From: Octopus bimaculoides
Lineage: Eukaryota
Assembly: GCF_001194135.2 (NCBI RefSeq)
Contig: NC_068997.1
Span: 19,761,377 to 19,825,376 of the forward strand
DNA: 64,000 bases
Direction: 5' to 3'
The notes under the pieces are model-generated. The model saw only the letters and a program-made list of their open reading frames with translations, was not told the DNA's origin and did not search any database. The translations under genes and the position numbers were made by a program. Position 1 is the first letter of the stretch, and every line of letters begins with the position of its first letter. Positions 12,620 through 24,312 of the stretch are shown piece by piece.

Positions 12620-13105
12620 ACTTTTAATACAAACGCATTGTTCTGTCACTTCCATTGCTACCCTTCTCTCTCACACACACATACACAAATACATGCACAA
12701 GCACACACATGCACACACACGTGTAAATGTACACTTGTACACTCATGCACACACAAACACACACACATAGTCAAACTCACACAAAGCCACACTCATGCAC
12801 AAACACCAACACCCACGTGCACACATACTCACACACACACACACACACACACACACATTAGCACTTACACAGAACCACACTCACAAATAAATACACACAA
12901 ATAAACACACACACACACACACACACAAACAGACACACATTTTCAAATTCACTCAGAAACACACACATAAACTCACTCACATACACACAATCTCATACAA
13001 CCACACATACTCTTACATACAAAAACACACACATGCACACAGTTGCACATTCGCACCTACTTTCACACACACACACACTTGTACACACATACACACACAC
13101 ACACC
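12620..13105. repeat. Degenerate (CA)n-rich low-complexity tract
   Basis: About 480 bp of interrupted CA repeats; the source of the spurious HT-rich 222-aa ORF. Confidence 0.9.
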
Positions 13106-13926
13106 ATCTTAAAATATCATTAGCCAACTCCATTATTTGCATGGAAAGCAATTTCTTATTACGGCTCTTATACTTATTTTACTTACTACCATCCCTCTGT
13201 TGAAACAAAAACCAGTGTATTCTACTAAGTTAACCAACCAATACTAACACTGTCATAAACTAAAGAGTGTAGTATTACTTACCAAACTAATAAAAAGTAG
13301 AAATGTAATTATCAATATTACCTTTAGTTATGCTGTTACTGCTGTTTAACTCAGCGCTACCTCTCATTGAGCAGACCTAGGTAATGACTGTTAGCCATTC
13401 TGGTGGTGGCTACCCATATATAAACACACACACACACACANNNNNNNNNNNNNNNNNNNNNNNNNNNNNNNNNNNNNNNNNNNNNNNNNNNNNNNNNNNN
13501 NNNNNNNNNNNNNNNNNNNNNNNNNNNNNNNNNNNNNNNNNNNNNNNNNNNNNNNNNNNNNNNNNNNNNNNNNNNNNNNNNNNNNNNNNNNNNNNNNNNN
13601 NNNNNNNNNNNNNNNNNNNNNNNNNNNNNNNNNNNNNNNNNNNNNNNNNNNNNNNNNNNNNNNNNNNNNNNNNNNNNNNNNNNNNNNNNNNNNNNNNNNN
13701 NNNNNNNNNNNNNNNNNNNNNNNNNNNNNNNNNNNNNNNNNNNNNNNNNNNNNNNNNNNNNNNNNNNNNNNNNNNNNNNNNNNNNNNNNNNNNNNNNNNN
13801 NNNNNNNNNNNNNNNNNNNNNNNNNNNNNNNNNNNNNNNNNNNNNNNNNNNNNNNNNNNNNNNNNNNNNNNNNNNNNNNNNNNNNNNNNNNNNNNNNNNN
13901 NNNNNNNNNNNNNNNNNNNNNNNNNA

Positions 13927-14738
13927 TTAAAGATAACTGTCATCTAGATCATGCAAAAATGAAAATAACACTGACATCTCATTTTAACAGATATATTTAC
14001 CAAAATTACATAAAGATATCTTGAAATACTAAAGAGTAAATTTATTCAATAAAACCTCCATTGGCTTCAACCAAGGCCTCCAGATGACTTCGGAATCTCT
14101 TGCAACTCTTCTGGATGGTCTCTTTGTTTAAGTTGGTGAATGCTGCCATAATCCTTACCTTCAGTTCATCTTTGGTGTAACAAGGAGTTTTGTTGGTCTC
14201 TCGCTCAACGGTGCCCCACACATAATAATTAAGGGTTTGCAGTCTGGGGAGTTAGGTGGCCAGATGTTAAGGGTGAAGTGATCACAGAAATTGTCTGACA
14301 GCCATAACTGGGTTCTCCTACTTGTGTGGTATGGTGCAGAGTCCTGTTGCCAGACATAGGGTCTTCCAACAGCCACCCTCTTGACCCAGGGCAGCACTAC
14401 CTCCTCCAGGCACTTGATATAGACCTCTGTGTTGAGTCTGAGGTGATCAATAGAGCCATAACGTCGCCATCACTAGTGATCACTCCAAATACCATAATGT
14501 TGACTGGATGTTTGATTTTTATCACTCTCGATACATGTCCACAGATTGCACTGTCCTGAGATTGATACCAAACACTCTGAAATTCTTGTATTGGAGCTTC
14601 CAGCACAAATGCCAAGCAGTACAGCATGTCATTTCCAAATTTTTGGCAGAGTAGTTGACAAAATTGAAAACAAATAATGCGCATGTGCAAAAATAGAATT
14701 ATAAAATGATTACGATTTATCCATTGCACCTTGAATAT
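13927..14738 (-). mobile_element. Internally deleted Tc1/mariner-superfamily transposon, maT/DD37D type; transposase pseudogene
   Basis: Minus strand, across frameshifts: N-terminal HAVLLGICAGSSNTRISECL..NLRTVQ joined directly to KIKHPVNIMVFGVITSDGD, then LPWVKRVAVGRPYVWQQDSAPYHTS...IWPPNSPDCKPL and YYVWGTVERETN...FRSHLEALVEANGGFIE* (stop at 14042-14044). 37 residues lie between the QQD aspartate and the position of the third D, which is now N after a 1-bp deletion. The left end is cut by a gap. Confidence 0.88.
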
Positions 14739-15204
14739 ATATATATATATATACAGAGAGAGAGAGAGAGAGAGAAATAGATAGATATACATACACACAC
14801 ACACACACACACACCACTATGTCTAATAAAAAAGACAGGATGGCCACTGTTGGAGCATCATTAATCAGATGTTTGCTTCATCATACCTTGTCTCAAACAA
14901 TATCAAAAACAACTAATATATTACTAATTGAAATAGTTGAACTAGCTTTATGGACAATTTGTGACCTATGAAATCAACCAAGATATTAATCTTTATAATC
15001 AGTCAAAATAAATTTCTTAGCTCTCTAGAAAACCAATTAGTGTATTCCCAATTAATTTCTTGTCAAGCAATTAACACTAATCAGCTAATATTAGGTTTAA
15101 TAGTGTAATAAATGGACAGTTTTTGAAGTGGTATTTTTAAAGAGTAATTTAAAGAGATATTTAATTTTATATGCCATCCTCTGAAAAAATTATATATATA
15201 TAGG

Positions 15205-15360
15205 CATTGGCATAGCTGTATGGTAAGAAGTTTGTTTCTCAACCACATAGTTCTGGGTTCAGTCCCACCTTAGGCCAGAGTCTTCTATAGCCTTAGGCTG
15301 ACCAAAGCCTTGTGATTGGATTTAATAGACAGAAAGTGAAAGAACCCTGTCATATATATA
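15205..15360 (+). mobile_element. SINE family B head, running into (TA)n and a gap
   Basis: ggcatagctgtatggtaagaag..ctgaccaaagccttgtgattggattt..gaaagaaccctgtcatatata. Confidence 0.75.
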
Positions 15361-15636
15361 TATATATATATATATATTTCTGTATCTATATTNNNNNNNN
15401 NNNNNNNNNNNNNNNNNNNNNNNNNNNNNNNNNNNNNNNNNNNNNNNNNNNNNNNNNNNNNNNNNNNNNNNNNNNNNNNNNNNNNNNNNNNNNNNNNNNN
15501 NNNNNNNNNNNNNNNNNNNNNNNNNNNNNNNNNNNNNNNNNNNNNNNNNNNNNNNNNNNNNNNNNNNNNNNNNNNNNNNNNNNNNNNNNNNNNNNNNNNN
15601 NNNNNNNNNNNNNNNNNNNNNNNNNNNNNNNNNNNN

Positions 15637-15680
<44 letters not shown>

Positions 15681-15683
<3 letters not shown>

Positions 15684-15933
15684 TCTGTGTCTGTATACTG
15701 TGAGCAAGGGAGTCTACTGCTCCCTTTCTAGCCTTTTCTCTTTACAAGATCAGTGACTGTGTGCCACTTTTAAAGTATATACTGTGAGTGAGGTCAAGTG
15801 GCTGCCATCTCTAGCCAGCAGTTGTCCTGTACCGACAAAGGGAAATAACCCAGAAACCATTGGTCTACAGGTATCACTAAGGCTAGAAAAGGAGCAGTAG
15901 ATTCCCTTGCTCACAGTATACAGACACAGACTA
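15681..15933. repeat. Element with ~54-bp inverted termini (MITE-like)
   Basis: 15681-15734 versus 15880-15933 are reverse complements with 3 mismatches. Confidence 0.85.
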
Positions 15934-16079
15934 TGTGTTGGTGTTGGTAGCCATCTGGAAAAGATGTCTTACTGGGGCTAAAATGCAGTAACATTGTCCT
16001 GCATAGGACTGCCACATTGTGTTGGCAAATATACTTTACTGTACAGTACTGTTACTACATATCTTGATCAGAGATTTAA

Positions 16080-16117
<38 letters not shown>

Positions 16118-17084
16118 ACAGAGGTGTAGGTTCGAGTCCTACCCATATGGAAAACTCACTTCTTTTCTGTCGGGGGCTTATATGCTGCAATATTAGATTA
16201 GTTTCTTTAATCAATGCACAGTGATCGCTTACAAGCTTTAAGCTTATGAAATATTATGATTATTTACAGAATTGTAAAATTTGGCACCGCTTTTCAAAAA
16301 TATCACAGAAAACACACATGATAGCTCGTTTATATATATNNNNNNNNNNNNNNNNNNNNNNNNNNNNNNNNNNNNNNNNNNNNNNNNNNNNNNNNNNNNN
16401 NNNNNNNNNNNNNNNNNNNNNNNNNNNNNNNNNNNNNNNNNNNNNNNNNNNNNNNNNNNNNNNNNNNNNNNNNNNNNNNNNNNNNNNNNNNNNNNNNNNN
16501 NNNNNNNNNNNNNNNNNNNNNNNNNNNNNNNNNNNNNNNNNNNNNNNNNNNNNNNNNNNNNNNNNNNNNNNNNNNNNNNNNNNNNNNNNNNNNNNNNNNN
16601 NNNNNNNNNNNNNNNNNNNNNNNNNNNNNNNNNNNNNNNNNNNNNNNNNNNNNNNNNNNNNNNNNNNNNNNNNNNNNNNNNNNNNNNNNNNNNNNNNNNN
16701 NNNNNNNNNNNNNNNNNNNNNNNNNNNNNNNNNNNNNNNNNNNNNNNNNNNNNNNNNNNNNNNNNNNNNNNNNNNNNNNNNNNNNNNNNNNNNNNNNNNN
16801 NNNNNNNNNNNNNNNNNNNNNNNNNNNNNNNNNNNNNNNNNNNNNNNNNNNNNNNNNNNNNNNNNNNNNNNNNNNNNNNNNNNNNNNNNNNNNNNNNNNN
16901 NNNNNNNNNNNNNNNNNNNNNNNNNNNNNNNNNNNNNNNNNNNNNNNNNNNNNNNNNNNNNNNNNNNNNNNNNNNNNNNNNNNNNNNNNNNNNNNNNNNN
17001 NNNNNNNNNNNNNNNNNNNNNNNNNNNNNNNNNNNNNNNNNNNNNNNNNNNNNNNNNNNNNNNNNATATACACATATACACAAA

Positions 17085-17304
17085 TACGAGGGGGTGCTGA
17101 AAAGTTCTTGGCTTTAAGGGTATCATGAAAGGCCTGGTTGGAGGCCCAACATTCTGAGTTCTTTTACAGGGCTTAGAAGAACTGAAGGACTGCTGCAGTA
17201 GGTATGTGAATGTGAATGGGGGAATATGTTGCATAAAACCATAATTAACTGATCCCCCTGTATTTTCTTTTACCCAAAACCAGGAACTTTCCAGTAATCC
17301 TAGA
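17085..17304 (+). mobile_element. Mariner-derived MITE
   Basis: TA|cgagggggtgctgaaaagttcttggcttt ... aaaaccaggaactttccagtaatcc|ta: imperfect ~28-bp TIRs, with an internal GGGGAATATGTTG mariner 3'-end remnant. Confidence 0.75.
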
Positions 17305-17308
17305 TGCA

Positions 17309-17355
<47 letters not shown>

Positions 17356-18403
17356 TTACACGCTTATACATAAGTAGGCACATCGGTACAAAACAAAATG
17401 GTAAAAATAGTTTCTGAATACAAAAAGTAGAGTAAATTACAATTTTATTAAAGCTAAATAAACTTCACAAACCACTACTCAGAGTTTCATGTAAGTTTTC
17501 ATTAGACAGTTGTGATAATACAGAATAATATGTGTGTGTGTGTACACACATACACATATATGTATGTGCATATATATATATATGTGTATATATATTTATG
17601 CATATATATGCATATATGTGTATATAAATGTGTGTATATATTTATGCATATACATGTGTGTGTGTCTGTGTGTGTGTGTGAGCATGTGTGCATGCATGCA
17701 TGTATGTTTGTAAGTCTGTATATATGTGTGTGTGTGTGCGTGTATTAATTATATATGCAATTAGAAGCTAAAACTCCTTGAACTGTAAACAATATGTTTC
17801 ATGCTTCTGAATGTTCAAATGTTCGGAAAAGCCTAGTAGTATGACAATGTATATTATATGCAAACATATTTGAAAACACATTTATGTATGATTAGTTAAC
17901 AGTACATCAAGATTTGATTGGTTGTCAAAAAAGTCTTTTAGAAACTGTTGTATTTTCATCTGTTCATTATAATGTGTAGAGATATGTCATGTTTTCATTG
18001 ATGTCGTTATGGCTTTGTGCATGGTAATGAATAGTTGAAAATGTGACATTTTCTAATAGATTTTTTTTTTCATCCAGCTAATCAACTATTGATGTACTGT
18101 TAACTAAACATCTCTAGATGCATTTTAGAATATTTTTGCCTGTATATTGTTATCATTCTTCAATTATTTGAATAAGAAACAGGAGACTGAGAGCTATATA
18201 CATACATGCGTGGATAGCTACATCCATATACACATCCATTGAGTGTTACACACACACACACATATATATGTAGGATGAAAGGAATGAAAGGATTAATTTT
18301 ACAATTTATAGGAAGGACAGTATATATTTTATTATTATTTTTAATTTTTTAATATTTCTAATGTTTTAATTAATATTATATATATACCATTGGTTCTTAA
18401 TTC

Positions 18404-18489
18404 ATCTCCAAAGAGCGGAATTACTGATAGTAAGCTGATCTTTTGATCACTTTGTGATTATAGTAATATCCGCGAAACGATCGTCAGAT
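18404..18489 (+). ncRNA. Type I hammerhead-ribozyme fold with a mutated catalytic core (probably inactive; Penelope-like relic)
   Basis: ATCT-[CCAAAGA]-GCGGAATTACT...AGTAATATCCGC-GAAA-C-GATC-G-TC|AGAT: stems I, II and III pair; GAAA and the GUC site are canonical; CUGANGA reads CCAAAGA. Confidence 0.55.
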
Positions 18490-19413
18490 ATTTAACTCTT
18501 TAAATTTTAGGTTTTTTTATATTTTATATTTTAGACTTTACAATATTCATGCTTAATTATGCATAAATTTTTATACGCATCTATATTCACACGTATATTT
18601 ATCTACATTCATATTTTTATACATATTTATATTTATATTTCGNNNNNNNNNNNNNNNNNNNNNNNNNNNNNNNNNNNNNNNNNNNNNNNNNNNNNNNNNN
18701 NNNNNNNNNNNNNNNNNNNNNNNNNNNNNNNNNNNNNNNNNNNNNNNNNNNNNNNNNNNNNNNNNNNNNNNNNNNNNNNNNNNNNNNNNNNNNNNNNNNN
18801 NNNNNNNNNNNNNNNNNNNNNNNNNNNNNNNNNNNNNNNNNNNNNNNNNNNNNNNNNNNNNNNNNNNNNNNNNNNNNNNNNNNNNNNNNNNNNNNNNNNN
18901 NNNNNNNNNNNNNNNNNNNNNNNNNNNNNNNNNNNNNNNNNNNNNNNNNNNNNNNNNNNNNNNNNNNNNNNNNNNNNNNNNNNNNNNNNNNNNNNNNNNN
19001 NNNNNNNNNNNNNNNNNNNNNNNNNNNNNNNNNNNNNNNNNNNNNNNNNNNNNNNNNNGAAAATAAAAATAAGTGGAAATTTTAACGGTGAGTGTGTTAA
19101 ATTTTAAGGCACAATAAGAAAATGACTCTCTCCAGACACAACAGTATATATATTTTGAATAGAATTTATTTTTGATAATTTCAATTGATTTTAATCGATT
19201 TAAATTTCTTTTCTATTTGAAAATTAGATATGAAACACGTGTAATCTTTTTATTATATTTATCTTATGATATTTACTTTACTTTATATTATACTCATTTA
19301 TTGTGCTTTTAAATATTAATTTTTCTATATGTGATAGTGGATTTTCATCGATGAGTTCTTGAAACTTGGTTATTTTCCCCAAAACTATATATTTTATATA
19401 TATATATATTGTC

Positions 19414-19913
19414 AAGTATATTTGCCACCTAAATGTGGTTGACCCATATGGGACGATGCTACTGTAGTTTATAGTGCCAGGAAAGCATCTCCTCCAGCTG
19501 GCTAATGACACACTGTCTGTGCCCTAGCAATACTTGCTAAGGGAAATCATTGTTCCCATCTCTAGCCTGACGTGATACACACGGACCTGGATTTCTGGGT
19601 AGTAACCCATCATCAACACATGACAGTCTCCAGCTAAGGATGAGAAGTGATATTTCCAATGCAGTGACAACAAGTCACTGATCTCAAAAAAGGAGAAACA
19701 AGCAATAATAAATCTCTGAGCGAGATATAAACAGTAGCAGCATGATATCATGAAGTATTTTTGCCACCTATATGTGGCTGACCCATATAGGATGATGCTA
19801 CTGTAGTTTATAGAAATTGGAAATATCACTTCTCATCCTTAGCTGGTGATTGTCGCGTGATTATGATGGGTTACAACCCAGAAACCTGGGTCTGTGTGTA
19901 TCACGTCAGGCTA
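19414..19913. repeat. Direct plus inverted duplication (X-Y-X'-Y'inv)
   Basis: X 19414-19474 recurs directly at 19753-19813; Y 19563-19660 recurs inverted at 19816-19913. Confidence 0.85.
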
Positions 19914-20299
19914 AGAAAGAGAAATTGGAAACTGAGAAAGAAACTTTAGTGATGAGCTGAGGAAATTGTAATGAATAGTTTAACTGTGATACATATGTTT
20001 TAGGTTTACTCTTATATTTAAGAGGTGTGGTAATTTCTTTTCAGGTGAGACCTCATGTTTATGAGGCTCAATATTATACTAACTGCTTTAGTGTCTACTA
20101 CATACTACATAACTTGATCTTTTTCCTCCTTCCTCTCTCTGTCTTGCCCCCCCCCTCTCTCATACTCTAGATAGCTTGATACTTTTCAGCCTCCACTTGT
20201 TATTTACTTCCAGTTCTTGTATTCCAAGTTACCAGAAATAGCAATAACTCGACACAGTTTGTCCACTACAAAGTCTTACACCTTGCTTTCTATCATATG

Positions 20300-20450
20300 A
20301 GATCGCATTCAAATAATTTTGTTGACTATGTCTCTACATTGATGCACCAGCTTCAGCATTTCACCCTCAGAAGAGACGTTGGTAAAAGGGACAAACCCGC
20401 TATCTTCAGTTTTGTTTTCATGCCTATCCTCACCTATGGTCGTCGAGTTG
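20300..20450 (+). mobile_element. RTE LINE reverse-transcriptase C-terminal fragment
   Basis: HFTLRRDVGKRDKPAIFS..FMPILTYG resembles the RTE 'KL.IY..VF.PTLTYG' motif. Confidence 0.5.
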
Positions 20451-20657
20451 AACACTAAACCACCTATGGGGCTCCACTCTGGATTTCTTTGAAGGTTGTC
20501 TCCTTTCTGTAACCCTGGATAGGGGCCCATACCACGTACTGTCAGCCAGAGCCAGAGCCAGCTGAGCCTGGGACTCGTGTCAGGCAGGGTCGTCACTCCC
20601 TGAAGTAGTGAAGAAAATCGCTACCCACTACCTGATTATTATTATCATTATCATTAT

Positions 20658-20812
20658 TGTTCAGTAGTTTTATTTTTATAACGTGCTTTCACTTCACTAC
20701 CGAGCGCAGCTCTGTGCGCCTTGGGTATGTGCTGTGGTTTGCTGTGGTGCTCTTATGTTTACTGTATTGAAAGTGTTTTGCGTAGAATGTGTGCAGTACC
20801 CAGTAGTGCAAT
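20658..20812 (-). mobile_element. R4/Dong-clade (RLE) non-LTR retrotransposon 3' end, copy A
   Basis: Minus strand IALLGTAHILRKTLSIQ*, then a 3' UTR and a TAA/TGA tail; flanked by TAA-type repeats on both sides. Confidence 0.72.
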
Positions 20813-20817
20813 CATTA

Positions 20818-20848
<31 letters not shown>

Positions 20849-20868
20849 CATCATCATCATCATCATCA

Positions 20869-21168
20869 TATTTTACTTCTCAGAGCTCTCAATCTTACTT
20901 GTCCTGGTTAATTCCATGAGAGCAGACAGCATCCTATTGTCAAAGGTCTCACAGGGTCCCTTTCCACAAAGTATAAGACTTGGTACTTAGGTGTTAAGTA
21001 TCATGAAAGATACTCAACATCCAAATACCAATCTCAAAATCCTAGCTGTCCCCAAAAGAACAGTTTTTTGGGGCATACTCTGCTCTCATGTCAATTTCAA
21101 TTTCTCCAACACATTTTTCGAACTTGGTTGTTAGTGCTTTGATTGCCCCTACAACTATTGGGGCAACA

Positions 21169-21170
<2 letters not shown>
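20869..21170 (-). mobile_element. R4/Dong-clade (RLE) non-LTR retrotransposon 3' end, copy B (different subfamily)
   Basis: TVAPIVVGAIKALTTKFEKCVGEIEIDMRAEYA / (+1 shift) QKTVLLGTARILRLVFGC*; its 3' UTR is unrelated to copy A. Confidence 0.75.

Positions 21171-21252
<82 letters not shown>
21170..21252. repeat. (TTA)n microsatellite
   Basis: Long pure TTA run. Confidence 0.95.
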
Positions 21253-21254
<2 letters not shown>

Positions 21255-21620
21255 CTCCGCCTTAGCAAAGGCAGGAGTATTGTTTTCAGTCGTGTTTGTT
21301 TCTTTGTCCATGGACAAGATATCTCAGGAACCACTGGATGGATTCAGATGAAACTTTCAGGGATATTTGGCCTCATGACTGGCATCAACTGATTAGATTT
21401 TGGGATCGATCCAGTACTGAACAAGGATTCTGGATTATTTTTCCGTTTTTGTTTTTTTTCTTAATTTTTTTGAGCAATCGGGTTCATTTTTAGTATTCTT
21501 GTTTGTGAGAGCAGTTGAGTTTATTTCAGATATTCTCATTTTAAAAATCATTTCTGGCTAATTATTGAGAGGACATTGATGTTGCCTTGGCGGAGGTTTG
21601 TGCTCTCTGAGTGCTCCTGA
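21251..21620 (+). mobile_element. Non-autonomous Helentron/HINE (DINE-1-like) element
   Basis: 5' ttatctccgccttagcaaaggcagg (subterminal repeat plus short IR), GTTT-like tract, 3' gccttggcggagg subterminal inverse and gtgctc-tct-gagtgc stem-loop; sits in T-rich (TTA)n. Confidence 0.65.
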
Positions 21621-22347
21621 TATTATTATTATTGTTATTGTTATTATTATTATTATTATTATTCAAAATCCATTGGATGTTATAGGGCATTAGTAAATTC
21701 TTTTCAGGTCAAGTCCATAGCTTTTATTTCTTAATTCCTAGTTTGAGTTATTTCTCTTTCTATAAACCATTAATTCTTTTTGAAAACTATAAATGTCACA
21801 AGTTCATTTTTTTTTCTCTTCCTCCTCTTTTTCGTAAGAATCTGAATATTTCGGCTTATGCAAGAGCTAACAATTATTGTAATTTAGGGCAAAGAGAGAA
21901 TGTAAGATGTTTAGAGAATAACTGCTGTCTTAACTAACAAGATATTATCTTTCTATATGAAAGGTGAGCTGTTGGGTGCATAAATCAATTGTCATGCTGT
22001 ATGGCAGTTAAATACACAACACTAATGAATTCAGAGGATGAACAAGTTAGCAGTAGAAGCTGTTTGTTATTGCACTGAGAAGTTTTAATGATAGATTGAG
22101 TAGTGAAATGAAAGAGTGATAAAAGTATTGGTTAATACATATGAGAGAGAGAGATGTGGGACTTTATACACATAAATGTATGATGAGACTGAATGAGGCA
22201 AACTGGGTTGAAGAAGGGAGATAAGCTGGTTCAACGGATTTGATTGGGCAGTTCTTATGAGAGTAGATAAACCACTTAGTGATGACTGGAAAACTGAATG
22301 GAAGAAGCCAGAGAGATAGGAAGGTTAATAGATAGATAGATAAATAG

Positions 22348-22393
<46 letters not shown>

Positions 22394-22954
22394 ATATATG
22401 AGAGAAAGAGGAAGAAAGGAAGAGTAGATAAATACACAGGTAGATAACTAAATACATAGATAGATTGAGAGATAGAGAGAGAGAAGTAAATTGACAGAGA
22501 GAGAGAGACAGTGACAAATAGATAGATAGACAGATAGATAGATGGCTTTAGAGAGAGAGAGCATAAGAGAGAGAAAGAAAGAGAGAGAGAGCAGATAACA
22601 CATGGCTTTACAAACTGGCTACAGAATGGCCAACCCAACAGCTTGCTAAGTTATGTGTGTGGGATACAAGTGGGTGATGTAGGTCCATGATTGCTGCTGC
22701 CTGTAGGCATGGCATACCAAGAAGAAGATAAAACAAAACTTAAATTGTGTCTTGACAGATGTAATAATAATAATGATGTCCAGTTGAGGAAGATGGACAG
22801 AGAGAGAGAGAGAGAGAGAGAGAGTTGGCTAGAAATTAAGCCAATCTATTGACAGGTTCAAACTATGCTGGTTACATAAATCAGTTTAAAAAAGAAAATG
22901 TGATATTGTTACGAAGGAAATAAGAGAGAATGGGGACTAAATACTTTGGAATAT

Positions 22955-23325
22955 TGTTTCTTTTACTTGTTTCGATCATTAGTCTGTGGCCTTGCTGGAG
23001 CACCACTTTGAAGGATCTGATTGTACTTTTATCTTTTTCTAAGCCTGGTACTTACTCTAACGGACACTTTTTGCTGAACCACTAACTTATGAGGACATAA
23101 ATAAACCAGCACTGGCTATCAAGTGGTATTGGGTGACAAACATGAAGACACACATGCGCGCATGTGCGGCAGGTTTCTTTCGGTTTCTGTCAACCAAATC
23201 CGCTCACAAGGCTTTGGTTGGTCCTGGGGCTACAGGTATAGAATATGACACTTGCCCAAGGCACTAAGCTGTGGGATTAAACCCAAAACTCTGTGGCTGC
23301 AAAGCAAACTTCTTACCAAATATGC
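22955..23325 (-). mobile_element. SINE family B, full length
   Basis: Reverse complement of tail, body and head. Confidence 0.78.
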
Positions 23326-23964
23326 TTCTGTTAGTGTTACAACTCCCAGGTCCAAAGTATACTTGTGTCTATCATGATTGTTCATTAGTCTCAAATCAAT
23401 AAAATAATACCAGTAATATACTGTAATCAATTAAGTTTATTTTAACTATTGCATACTGTGTAAATTTGTGGACATGTACCATCAAAGACATTATCAGTAA
23501 AGAATGGTAAAGCACTGAGCTAGATGCTTCCTTTTCTCCTATAAAGTTTGGTGGATCAGTTGTTCTAATTTCAAATTCCATTGGAGTTGGTGTAACGGTT
23601 ATTGGTTTGTTCTAGTAGAAGGGTTTGTGTGTCTATGGCCCTTGCAGACTTTCTGAGACCAGCGAGCAGATAAGATTCTCCTCTTCTTCCTCCTCCTCCT
23701 CATTTCTTTTGTCTGCTTCCATGGTTGGACAGAATTTGTTGAGGCAAATTCTTTAAGTCCAGATGCCTTTCCTGTTGCCAACACTAAACTTGATTCCAAG
23801 TGAGTCAATATTTCCCTGTGACTCGACATGCTTTTCATGGAAGTTTGGGAAAAATGAATGGCTTCACTTGGTGATACTTGATCACAACTATCATGCAATG
23901 CCAAGATGGGGTGACGCACGCACGCACGCACGCACAAACACACACACACACACACACACACGCA

Positions 23965-24075
23965 CATTCACACGTGTTGTGCTGGAGCCACATAAAAAGC
24001 ACCCAGTACATTTTGTAAAGTGGTTGTTGTTAGGAAGGGCATCCAGCTGTAGAAACCATCCCAGAACAAACAGCA
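23965..24075 (+). mobile_element. RTE-tail repeat fragment (family D)
   Basis: aaaagcacccagtacattttgtaaagtggttgttgttaggaagggcatccagctgtagaaacc. Confidence 0.65.
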
Positions 24076-24085
24076 GAGTTTGAAG

Positions 24086-24312
24086 AAGCTCAACCAGGGT
24101 CCATATGTGATGTTGTTAAAATATATGTGCAATAAATTGACTGTCTTTCTACAACACAAAATATTTTAACAATTTTTAAATACAGTTCTTAATAACATTT
24201 AATTCTAAAAATATGATAGGATATTTTTAAACATTGAATGGCTATGAGGGTGTACCAAAGTAAATTAGGAAACAAAGGAGTCCATAGACAAAAGATAGTT
24301 GAAAACCACTGC
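24086..24312. mobile_element. hAT-like MITE, decayed
   Basis: ctcaaccagggtccata ... gtccatagacaaaagatagttgaaaaccactg; similar to the 34209-34560 termini. Confidence 0.5.

Noticed and set aside
16115-16150. ggtgtaggttcgagtcctacc, a tRNA-like T-arm
   Set aside because: Only a box-B/T-loop fragment; no cloverleaf. SINE heads elsewhere are likewise tRNA-derived, not tRNA genes.
19205-19385. Further hammerhead-like pieces (GAAAC-ACGT-GTA at ~19230; tCGATGA-gttctt-GAAAC-ttg-GTT at ~19350)
   Set aside because: The first has no CUGANGA core and the second has no stem I pairing; neither folds into a hammerhead.
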